Source of the DNA: Escherichia coli
GTDB lineage: Bacteria; Pseudomonadota; Gammaproteobacteria; Enterobacterales; Enterobacteriaceae
DNA length: 64,000 nucleotides
Strand: one strand, 5' to 3'
NCBI RefSeq assembly: GCF_024502345.1
Contig: NZ_JALDNN010000001.1
Positions 46,479 through 55,569 of the stretch are shown in pieces. The notes below the pieces were generated by a model. It did not search any database. It worked only from the letters and a program-made list of their open reading frames with translations, and was not told the DNA's origin. Both the position numbers and the translations under genes were made by a program. Position 1 is the first letter of the stretch. Every line of letters begins with the position of its first letter.

Positions 46479-47249
46479 GTGAAAAGTATAGTTGACCCAT
46501 CGGCATTAGTCATTGATTTAGGCGCGCAGAAACGTCCCACTGTGATTTCTGTTGTTGGTGCTGGGGGGAAAACCAGCTTGCTTTTTTGGCTGGCAGAACT
46601 GCTCCAGGCTAGCGGCAGGCGTGTGTTAATCACGACGACAACACATATGTTTATGCCAACGTCTCACTGGCCCGTGGTTTTCTGTCGTGATCCCGCCATG
46701 CTTCCTCATGCGTCTCTTACATCCCCCATTTCATTTTGTTTTCACAGCTGGAAAGCGAACCAGGGAAAAGTGCAGGGATTTACGCCAGAAGCGATTGATG
46801 CACTGGTGCAACGACCAGAGTGTGACGTAATTCTCATTGAAGCAGATGGCTCGCGTGGAATGCCGTTAAAAGCGCCTGATGAGCACGAACCTTGCATACC
46901 CAAAAGCAGTTGCTGCGTGATTGCTGTGATGGGAGGACATACTTTGGGCGCGAAAGTGAGCACAGAAAATGTCCATCGCTGGTCGCAGTTTGCTGATATT
47001 ACCGTGTTAACACCTGATGCAACCTTGCAACTGAGCGATCTCGTTGCGCTGGTTCGCCACCCTCAGGGGGCGTTTAAAAACGTACCGCAAGGTTGTCGGC
47101 GAGTCTGGTTCATTAACCGTTTTTCTCAATGTGAGAATGCGATTGCACAAAGCGAGCTCCTTCAACCGCTGCAACAACACGACGTAGAGGCAATCTGGCT
47201 GGGCGATATACAAGAACATCCTGCAATCGCGCGCAGATTTGTGAATTAG
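46479..47249 (+). CDS. yqeC: selenium-dependent hydroxylase accessory protein YqeC
   Basis: 256 aa, GTG start; VVGAGGKTSLLF nucleotide-binding-like motif. Confidence 0.85.
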   Translation: MKSIVDPSALVIDLGAQKRPTVISVVGAGGKTSLLFWLAELLQASGRRVLITTTTHMFMPTSHWPVVFCRDPAMLPHASLTSPISFCFHSWKANQGKVQGFTPEAIDALVQRPECDVILIEADGSRGMPLKAPDEHEPCIPKSSCCVIAVMGGHTLGAKVSTENVHRWSQFADITVLTPDATLQLSDLVALVRHPQGAFKNVPQGCRRVWFINRFSQCENAIAQSELLQPLQQHDVEAIWLGDIQEHPAIARRFVN

Positions 47250-47296
47250 CGGCCCGGGTATTCCGGGTTACTGAAAGGATATCCATTGAGGTTGGT

Positions 47297-48922
47297 ATGA
47301 ATATTTTCACAGAGGCTGCAAAACTCGAAGAGCAAAATTGTCCGTTTGCGATGGCGCAAATTGTTGATAGCCGAGGCTCGACTCCCCGCCATTCTGCACA
47401 AATGTTAGTGCGCGCCGATGGTTCTATCGTCGGTACAATTGGTGGCGGAATGGTTGAGCGGAAGGTGATTGAAGAGTCACTTCAGGCATTGCAGGAACGT
47501 AAGCCGCGATTATTCCATGGACGTATGGCTCGTAACGGTGCGGATGCTGTCGGGTCAGATTGTGGAGGTGCAATGTCAGTATTTATCAGCGTCCATGGTA
47601 TGCGTCCACGTCTGGTGTTGATTGGCGCGGGGCATGTCAACCGGGCGATAGCCCAGAGTGCGGCGCTATTAGGATTTGATATTGCCGTTGCCGATATTTA
47701 TCGCGAAAGCCTCAATCCTGAACTATTCCCTCCATCAACCACGCTTCTCCATGCTGAGTCGTTTGGTGCAGCAGTGGAAGCACTGGATATTCGCCCTGAT
47801 AATTTTGTCCTGATTGCCACGAATAATCAGGATCGTGAAGCCCTCGACAAACTCATTGAACAGCCCATTGCATGGTTGGGGTTGCTGGCAAGTCGCCGCA
47901 AGGTTCAGCTTTTCCTGCGTCAATTGCGTGAGAAAGGCGTGGCTGAAGAACATATTGCCCGTTTACATGCGCCCGTTGGTTACAACATAGGTGCGGAAAC
48001 GCCGCAGGAGATCGCCATCAGCGTGCTGGCAGAAATATTACAGGTGAAAAATAACGCGCCGGGTGGGCTGATGATGAAACCTTCTCATCCTTCCGGACAC
48101 CAGCTGGTGGTGATTCGCGGTGCGGGAGATATCGCCAGTGGTGTGGCGCTACGTCTGTATCATGCGGGTTTTAAAGTGATCATGCTGGAAGTGGAAAAAC
48201 CGACAGTGATTCGTTGTACCGTGGCGTTTGCCCAGGCCGTGTTCGATGGCGAAATGACGGTCGAAGGCGTCACTGCTCGCCTGGCAACCAGCTCTGCGGA
48301 AGCGATGAAACTTACCGAACGCGGATTCATCCCTGTGATGGTAGATCCCGCCTGTTCATTGCTTGATGAACTGAAACCGCTTTGCGTGGTGGACGCTATT
48401 CTGGCGAAACAGAATTTGGGAACGCGGGCAGATATGGCACCAGTAACAATCGCGCTTGGGCCGGGCTTTACTGCAGGGAAGGATTGTCATGCGGTAATTG
48501 AAACAAATCGCGGGCACTGGCTCGGTCAGGTGATTTACTCTGGTTGTGCGCAGGAGAATACCGGTGTTCCTGGCAATATTATGGGGCATACCACCCGACG
48601 GGTGATCCGTGCTCCTGCTGCAGGCATTATGCGATCCAACGTGAAATTAGGCGATCTGGTGAAAGAGGGCGATGTGATTGCCTGGATTGGTGAGCATGAA
48701 ATTAAAGCACCGTTGACGGGGATGGTGCGTGGCTTGTTGAACGACGGCCTGGCAGTGGTCGGTGGTTTTAAAATTGGTGATATCGATCCTCGTGGTGAAA
48801 CGGCTGATTTCACCAGTGTTTCTGATAAAGCCCGGGCGATTGGCGGCGGCGTACTTGAGGCGTTAATGATGTTGATGCATCAGGGCGTGAAAGCGACAAA
48901 AGAAGTGCTGGAAGTGGCTTAA
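47297..48922 (+). CDS. yqeB: XdhC/CoxI-family maturation protein (selenium-dependent molybdenum hydroxylase system protein YqeB)
   Basis: 541 aa with Rossmann-like segments (LIGAGHVNRAIA, VVIRGAGDIASG). Confidence 0.88.
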   Translation: MNIFTEAAKLEEQNCPFAMAQIVDSRGSTPRHSAQMLVRADGSIVGTIGGGMVERKVIEESLQALQERKPRLFHGRMARNGADAVGSDCGGAMSVFISVHGMRPRLVLIGAGHVNRAIAQSAALLGFDIAVADIYRESLNPELFPPSTTLLHAESFGAAVEALDIRPDNFVLIATNNQDREALDKLIEQPIAWLGLLASRRKVQLFLRQLREKGVAEEHIARLHAPVGYNIGAETPQEIAISVLAEILQVKNNAPGGLMMKPSHPSGHQLVVIRGAGDIASGVALRLYHAGFKVIMLEVEKPTVIRCTVAFAQAVFDGEMTVEGVTARLATSSAEAMKLTERGFIPVMVDPACSLLDELKPLCVVDAILAKQNLGTRADMAPVTIALGPGFTAGKDCHAVIETNRGHWLGQVIYSGCAQENTGVPGNIMGHTTRRVIRAPAAGIMRSNVKLGDLVKEGDVIAWIGEHEIKAPLTGMVRGLLNDGLAVVGGFKIGDIDPRGETADFTSVSDKARAIGGGVLEALMMLMHQGVKATKEVLEVA

Positions 48923-48962
48923 ATGAAAATGGCCGGATGGTATTACCCCCCCGGCCTTAAAA

Positions 48963-49895
48963 TTACTGACAAATCACCGTTCCGGTTTTGCCTTCAATCC
49001 CTTCTTTCGCTTTGCTCAATACGGTAATCAGTGCTTCACGACCTGCGCGAGAGCGAGCAAACGAGGCGGCAGCTTCCACTTTAGGCAGCATAGAACCTTT
49101 CGCAAAATGACCTTCTTCGATAAAGCGTTCAGCATCACTTAATGACAGGCGATCGAGCCACTGTTCATTCTCTTTACCGAAGTTAATGGCCACTTTTTCT
49201 ACCGCAGTCAGAATGATCAGCATATCGGCATCAATCATTTCTGCTAAACGGGCGCTGGCCCAGTCTTTATCGATAACCGCGCTGGCACCACGCAGATGGT
49301 TACCTTCACGAATAACAGGAATACCACCACCGCCAACGGTGATCACCACCTGGCCTGCATCTACCAGAGCTTTAACCGTTTCTTTTTCAATAATATCAAC
49401 CGGTTTTGGCGAGGCAACAACACGGCGATAGCCGCGACCAGCATCTTCTTTCAGAGTGTAACCCTGTTTTGTCAGTTGCTCTGCTTCTTGCTCGGTAAAG
49501 AACGAACCGATCGGCTTGGTCGGGTTGAGGAATGCCGGATCGTTAGCGTCGACTTCGACCTGAGTAACCAGCGTTGCTACCGGTTTATTAATGCCCCGAG
49601 AAAGCAGTTCTTCTCTTAAGGCGTTTTGTAGATCGTAACCAATATAACCCTGGCTTAAGGCAACGCAGACAGACATCGGCAGCATTGGCGAGTGCGCTTC
49701 AGTTTTTGCAGCAGCTTCAAAGGCCTGGTTAATCATGCCCACCTGCGGCCCGTTACCATGAGTGACGATAACTTCATGTCCTTGGGCAATTAAATCAACA
49801 ATTGCCTGAGAAGTAATTTTTACCGCTTTCATTTGTCCGGCCAGGTCATCGCCCAGCGCATTCCCGCCCAGGGCGAGAACAATTTTCTTACTCAT
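48963..49895 (-). CDS. yqeA: carbamate kinase-like protein
   Basis: 310 aa; amino-acid kinase family (MSKKIVLALGGNAL...). Confidence 0.9.
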   Translation of the reverse strand: MSKKIVLALGGNALGDDLAGQMKAVKITSQAIVDLIAQGHEVIVTHGNGPQVGMINQAFEAAAKTEAHSPMLPMSVCVALSQGYIGYDLQNALREELLSRGINKPVATLVTQVEVDANDPAFLNPTKPIGSFFTEQEAEQLTKQGYTLKEDAGRGYRRVVASPKPVDIIEKETVKALVDAGQVVITVGGGGIPVIREGNHLRGASAVIDKDWASARLAEMIDADMLIILTAVEKVAINFGKENEQWLDRLSLSDAERFIEEGHFAKGSMLPKVEAAASFARSRAGREALITVLSKAKEGIEGKTGTVICQ

Positions 49896-49942
49896 TTTTC
49901 CTCACTCATCATTCTTGATTGTGTATAGATCCCTGACAGTGG

Positions 49943-51328
49943 TTAGAGCACGGGAGGGACAAACGGTTTGCGTCGCAGGAAACGACCTCGCCCGGCTTTG
50001 CCTGTAAAGGTGCCGTCACAGAAAATCGTTTCACCACGGGATAAGGTTCTGACAATCGCGCCCTGACAGGTAAAACCCTCCCATGGCGAGTAGTCGGCGT
50101 TGTCGTGGAGATGGCGATGCTGAATTTGTTGGCTCTGACGTGGGTCGATAATCACCACGTCGCCATCGGAACCGGGCGCTAATAATCCTTTTTGCGGCCA
50201 CAGGCCAAACAGCCTGGCGGGCATTGCGCTGGTTAATTCAACAAAGCGTTCCGGTGTTATACGTCCCGTCATCACGCCACTGGAAAACAGTAACTGCATG
50301 CGGTTTTCCACACCGGGTAAGCCATTTGGGCAGCGACTGAAATCGCCTTTAGAAATTTGCAGGCGTTGAGCCATCGAGAAGGTGCAGTGATCGGTCGCCA
50401 CCACGTCAATCGCACCATCGCTGATGCCACACCACAGTTTGTCCTGCTCGCGTACGTTACGCAGCGGTGGGCTAAGAATGAACTTCATGCCATCTTCTGT
50501 ATCGTAACTGCGTTCGTCCAACAGGAGATATTGTGGGCAGGTTTCAACCCAGACTGGCTGGTGATTCGCACGGGCAAGACGCAGATAATCCAGACCTAAG
50601 CCGTTAGACAGGTGCACGATATAGAGCGGGGCGTTACCGGCAATTTGTGCCAGGTTAATCATGCGGGCGATGGCTTCCGCTTCGCATTCCAGAGGGCGAC
50701 TCAAGGCATGATAGCGCGGCGCGGTTAACCCTGCGGCGATAAATTCCGCCCGCTTGCTGGCGATAGCCGCATCATTTTCCGGGTGCACGGTGGTCAGCGC
50801 GCCGGATTCATGCAGACGGCGTAATGCCTGCAAAACCTCGTCATCGTTGAGTTTGTATTGATAGGTTAAATAGAGTTTAAAACTGCTCAGTCCTTCCTCG
50901 ACCATCATCGGGATTTCGTCGAGGATTGCGTGATTAATGTGCTGGATCACACCGTGAAAGCTGTAATCGATGACCGCTTTATGGGCGGCATAACCACGAT
51001 AAACCTCCAGTTGATGGCGTAACCGACAGCCGTTTGGGCCAAATCCCATATGGTCAATAATGGTTGTTGTACCGCCACACGCAGCTGCGCGGGTACCGGT
51101 AAAAAAATCATCACAACTGCGCGCGATGCCGACATCAATATTGAAATGCGTATGGACATCCACGCCGCCAGGGAAAACGTAACAGCCAGTGGCATCAATT
51201 TCTTCATACGGGAGCTGCGGCGAAATATTGTTGCCCAACTGGCGAACAATCCCGCTTTCAATCAGCAAATCCTGTTTGGCTTGTCCATCTGCGTTAACGA
51301 CAGTGCCGTTTTTGATCAATACGCGCAT
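49943..51328 (-). CDS. hyuA: D-phenylhydantoinase (cyclic amidohydrolase/dihydropyrimidinase family)
   Basis: ORF 49943..51340; start at MRVLIKNGTVVNADGQ; metal-binding motif in GGVDVHTHFNID; 461 aa. Confidence 0.9.
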   Translation of the reverse strand: MRVLIKNGTVVNADGQAKQDLLIESGIVRQLGNNISPQLPYEEIDATGCYVFPGGVDVHTHFNIDVGIARSCDDFFTGTRAAACGGTTTIIDHMGFGPNGCRLRHQLEVYRGYAAHKAVIDYSFHGVIQHINHAILDEIPMMVEEGLSSFKLYLTYQYKLNDDEVLQALRRLHESGALTTVHPENDAAIASKRAEFIAAGLTAPRYHALSRPLECEAEAIARMINLAQIAGNAPLYIVHLSNGLGLDYLRLARANHQPVWVETCPQYLLLDERSYDTEDGMKFILSPPLRNVREQDKLWCGISDGAIDVVATDHCTFSMAQRLQISKGDFSRCPNGLPGVENRMQLLFSSGVMTGRITPERFVELTSAMPARLFGLWPQKGLLAPGSDGDVVIIDPRQSQQIQHRHLHDNADYSPWEGFTCQGAIVRTLSRGETIFCDGTFTGKAGRGRFLRRKPFVPPVL

Positions 51329-51380
51329 AGCAAACTCCAAAAACCCTCCGGCGAACCGGAGGGGAATAAGTGAAGAGTAA

Positions 51381-52592
51381 TTACTCTGTTGCCAGCCAGC
51401 TTAACGGGATTGCAGCGTACATCGCGGCACAGGTCACCAGGTGAGATTTCCAGGTTTTTTCGTTAGGTGCATGCGCTTCAGGTTCTTTACCCGGGCCAAA
51501 GCCGATCACCGGAATGCCGTGACGGCCCATGATAGATACGCCGTTAGTTGAGAAGGTCCACTTATCAACAACCGGCGCTTTGCCAAACAGCCCTTCGTAG
51601 GCATTCACCAGTGCTTTAACGGTGAAGTGATCTTCTTCCACTTTCCAGGTCGGGAAGTAGCATTCGGTTGGGTAAACCAGGCCAGTCCAGGACGGACGGT
51701 CGTAGTTGTACATAGAAACAACCGCGTTAGCTTTCTGTACTGCAGGCAGGGCGCGGATTTCGTCCAGCGCGCCTTCCCAGGTTTCGCCCCAGGTCAGACG
51801 GCGGTCAATAGAGACGGCGCAGCTATCTGCTACAGCGCAACGGCTTGGGGATGTGAAGAAGATTTCAGAAACGGTGAGGGTGCCTTTGCCGAGGAATTCG
51901 TCATAACCCAGACGTTGGGAGAGTTCTTGTAATTCGCCAAGAATCGGACCCATTTTGAAAATGGCGTTGTCACCGCGTTCTGGCGCAGAACCGTGGCAGC
52001 TAACACCCTGAACATCAATACGAATTTCCATACGACCGCGCTGACCACGGTATACCTGGCAGTCGGTTGGTTCGGTACTGACCACAAATTCCGGGCGAAT
52101 GCCGGATTGTTCAATAATGTACTGCCAGCACAGACCGTCGCAGTCTTCTTCCTGCACAGTACCGGTAACCAGCAGGGTATATTCATCTTCCAGACCGAGG
52201 TCTTTAATGATTTTACCGGCATAAACCATAGATGCCATGCCGCCTTCCTGGTCGGAAGTACCGCGACCACCGATCAGCTCATCAGTTTCCATGCCTTCGT
52301 ACGGATCGAAGTCCCAGTTTTTGATGTTGCCAATGCCGACGGTATCGATATGAGCGTCCATTGCCACCAGACGCGGGCCGTGGCCGATATAACCGAGAAC
52401 GTTACCCATCGGGTCGATTTCAACTTTATCGAAGCCGACTTTTTCCATCTCTTCTTTAATACGATGTACTACGCGTTTCTCGTCGCAGCTTTCACTGGGA
52501 ATAGCAACCATGTCGCGCAGGAAGCGAGTCATATCCGCCTGGTAATCTTTTGCTTTTTCAAGAATCAGTTTGAATGGAATATTCTTAGCCAT
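51381..52592 (-). CDS. ygeY: M20-family peptidase / amidohydrolase (ArgE/DapE-like)
   Basis: 403 aa; M20 metal-binding segments. Confidence 0.88.
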
Positions 52593-52649
52593 TATTTTTC
52601 TCCAGATTTTTTACTCCCCGTTTTGCAGGGAGCAGTTCCAATAGGGTGA

Positions 52650-53846
52650 TTAAGGTGCTACAGCGTGTTTGCCTTCCCAGACAACTTCGCGGTAGTGCTT
52701 CACGTCGGTGTCGCCTTCAGTGCTGATAACCAGCACTACGGCATCTTTGTTCAGCGCCAGTTTTTCCATCAGGCTTTGACGTTGCGGGTGATAATGAACC
52801 GCCGCGAGAACGCCCAAACCGACAGCGCCGGATTCACCGGAGATGATGCGCGGGTCGTTGCCGTACGGATTACCCAGCACGCGCATACCTAATGCGGCAA
52901 CGCTGTCCTGGCAGGAGATGAATTGGGTGGCGCAGTTACGTAGGATTTCCCAGCCCAGCGGGTTAGGTTCGCCACAGGCCAGGCCCGCCATGATGGTGGC
53001 CATATCACCGCCAACGTTGACGATGTCGCCTTTGACGCCGGAGCGATAAATACAGTCAGCTTTGTCAGGTTCAACAATAATGCTATGCAGATTTTGCGGG
53101 CTGTAGACGTCGACCAGATAACCCAGCACACCACCGGCCATTGCACCGACACCAGCTTGCAGCAGAACGTGCGTCGGGGTTACGCCCATTTCACGCATTT
53201 GCTCGACGGCTTCATCTGCCAGGGTTGCGTAGCCTTGCATGATCCAGGATGGGATTTTGGTGTAACCTTCCCATGCCGTGTCCTGTACTACTTCCCAGCC
53301 GTGCTGCTGCGCGTGTTGCATGGTCAGGCGAACGGTATCGTCATAGTTCATATCCGTGACGATGCACTCGGCACCGAGGTTCAGAATGGCGTCAACGCGT
53401 TCCTGAGCAGAACCTTTCGGCATGTAAATCACCGCATTCTGTCCGAGTTGCTGCGCTGCCCACGCCACACCGCGCCCGTGGTTGCCGTCGGTGGTGGTGG
53501 CGAAAGTCATTTTTTCGCCGATGGCATTTTTCAGGTGCTCAAATGACAGCGTTTCGATATCAAGATGATATTTTTCACACAATAATTGAGCGATAGCGTA
53601 CGCACCGCCGAGCATTTTGAAGGCGTTCAGACCGAATCGTTTTGATTCGTCTTTGACAAGAATTTTCTTCACACCAAAAAGGTTTGCGAGATCGTCCAGC
53701 GCACAAAGCGGTGTTGGGCGATAACCAGCTATTTTCTGGTGGAACTGGCGCGCCAGTTTGGCCTGGCTTTGCGAAAAGAGCGGTGATGTTTCGCCGTTGA
53801 AAAATTTGTTATCGGCGATATCAATCTTCAATGAGAAAACGGACAT
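52650..53846 (-). CDS. ygeX: 2,3-diaminopropionate ammonia-lyase (PLP-dependent)
   Basis: 398 aa; fold-type II PLP enzyme; recognised as YgeX/DpaL. Confidence 0.9.
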   Translation of the reverse strand: MSVFSLKIDIADNKFFNGETSPLFSQSQAKLARQFHQKIAGYRPTPLCALDDLANLFGVKKILVKDESKRFGLNAFKMLGGAYAIAQLLCEKYHLDIETLSFEHLKNAIGEKMTFATTTDGNHGRGVAWAAQQLGQNAVIYMPKGSAQERVDAILNLGAECIVTDMNYDDTVRLTMQHAQQHGWEVVQDTAWEGYTKIPSWIMQGYATLADEAVEQMREMGVTPTHVLLQAGVGAMAGGVLGYLVDVYSPQNLHSIIVEPDKADCIYRSGVKGDIVNVGGDMATIMAGLACGEPNPLGWEILRNCATQFISCQDSVAALGMRVLGNPYGNDPRIISGESGAVGLGVLAAVHYHPQRQSLMEKLALNKDAVVLVISTEGDTDVKHYREVVWEGKHAVAP

Positions 53847-53903
53847 ATCCTATCCTTTTGGCCTCTGGAAATAGAGGGCCGACCAGCTGATCGGCCCGAG
53901 GGG

Positions 53904-55094
53904 TTATTTCACGCGTTCTTGCGCTTCTTTCAGCAGTTGCTCGAGCAGTGCACCTGGTTTGGCGTATTTACGGGACAGGATCATCGCGGCGATGATATAA
54001 GGCTTCCAGCTGGCTTCTTTGTAGGTAGCGATACGGTATTTTTCGAATACGCCTTCAGTCACTTCACCTTCTTTGCAGGATACGCCGCTGATATCAGCTG
54101 GCAGGCAGTGCATGTACAGGGCTTCGCCATCACGGGTCAGTTCCATCATCTCTTCAGTACAATGCCAGTCTTTGTGTTGCGCGTTCTGTGCCAGACACTG
54201 TTTTTCCAGTGCTTTTAAGCCTTCGTGGTCGTTCGCACGCAGCAATTCAGTACGCTCTTCCATCACTTTGTAAGGTGCCCATGACTTCGGATAAACGATG
54301 TCTGCATCTTTGAACGCTTCTTCCATGCTGGTGACCTGACGGAAGCTACCGCCAGATGCTTTAGCATTGTTTTTCGCCACTTCAACCACATCCGGGATCA
54401 GGTCGTAGCCTTCCGGATGGGCCAGGGTGACATCCATACCGAAGCGAGTCATCAGACCGATGATGCCTTGTGGTACAGAGAGCGGTTTGCCATAGCTTGG
54501 AGAGTAGGCCCAGGTCATGGCGATTTTTTTACCTTTCAGGTTTTCCAGTGAACCAAAGTGTTCACGTAACCACGCGAGGTCAGCCATTGACTGAGTCGGG
54601 TGGTCAATATCGCATTGCAGGTTCACTAAAGCCGGACGCTGTGGCAGTACACCCTGCTTGTAACCGTCATCAAGTGCAGCGCCAACTTCACGCATATAGG
54701 CGTTGCCTGCGCCCAGATACATATCGTCGCGAATACCAATAGCGTCGGCGCAGAAGGAGATCATATTGGCGGTTTCACGCACGGTTTCGCCGTGAGCGAT
54801 TTGTGATTTGCCTTCGTCGAGATCTTGTTGTGCAAGGCCGAGCAGGTTAAGCGCGGAAGCATAAGAGAAGCGGGTACGGGTGGAGTTGTCGCGGAATACG
54901 GAAATACCTAATCCACTATTAAAGACTTTGGTTGAGATGTTTTCAGCACGCAGTGCTTTTAATGCTGCGGCAACGTCCAGTACTTGTTTCAGTTCATCTG
55001 GCGTCTGTTCCCACGTTAACAAAAAATCTTTCTCGTGAAGGTGAGAGGTCAGCGAATTGATATCCTTAATCAGCTCATTAACAGTTTTCATCAT
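53904..55094 (-). CDS. ygeW: carbamoyltransferase (aspartate/ornithine carbamoyltransferase superfamily)
   Basis: 396 aa; STRTR carbamoyl-phosphate-binding motif (NSTRTRFSY). Confidence 0.9.
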   Translation of the reverse strand: MMKTVNELIKDINSLTSHLHEKDFLLTWEQTPDELKQVLDVAAALKALRAENISTKVFNSGLGISVFRDNSTRTRFSYASALNLLGLAQQDLDEGKSQIAHGETVRETANMISFCADAIGIRDDMYLGAGNAYMREVGAALDDGYKQGVLPQRPALVNLQCDIDHPTQSMADLAWLREHFGSLENLKGKKIAMTWAYSPSYGKPLSVPQGIIGLMTRFGMDVTLAHPEGYDLIPDVVEVAKNNAKASGGSFRQVTSMEEAFKDADIVYPKSWAPYKVMEERTELLRANDHEGLKALEKQCLAQNAQHKDWHCTEEMMELTRDGEALYMHCLPADISGVSCKEGEVTEGVFEKYRIATYKEASWKPYIIAAMILSRKYAKPGALLEQLLKEAQERVK

Positions 55095-55184
55095 AAAGTC
55101 CCGGTAGTGGAATGACAGGCAAAGTGGTTTATTTCACTGTGACTTGCCAAAGTGATTGGTGTTTTCACAGCTATACCTGGGACT

Positions 55185-55200
55185 AACAATAAGTGTGCCA
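55185..55200 (-). promoter_or_regulatory. candidate sigma-54 promoter for the ygeW operon (perfect -24 TGGCAC, weak -12 TTGTT)
   Basis: Minus-strand read: TGGCAC-actta-TTGTT, about 90 nt upstream of ygeW and divergent from the sigma-54 activator gene ygeV. Confidence 0.35.
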
Positions 55201-55569
55201 GAATTATCCGCGCGGCTGCAAAAGACTAATTTGACGGATAATGTGTGGGGTTGATCACAAATTGATGCCAGCTTCTGGTTGTTTGTAAAATACGAAAACG
55301 TTTGGCTTTTTTTATCGCGTTATTTATTTGCTGCTAAGTATCAGAAATAAGATAAAGGGGCAGGCTATCTCTCTTCAGTTTGATAAACTCACCGCCGTAA
55401 TTCTCATATTGATATAGAAATGTGATATCTCTTCCATAATTTCATTAGAAAATGATAAAAATCTTATGTTTTTATCAAAGCCAATTTCGCCTGAGTTAAT
55501 ATCATCATGATCTGTGAACCATCAACGTCTTCAATGATCGACTTTTAAGTAAGTCTGGAAGGTAAAGCT

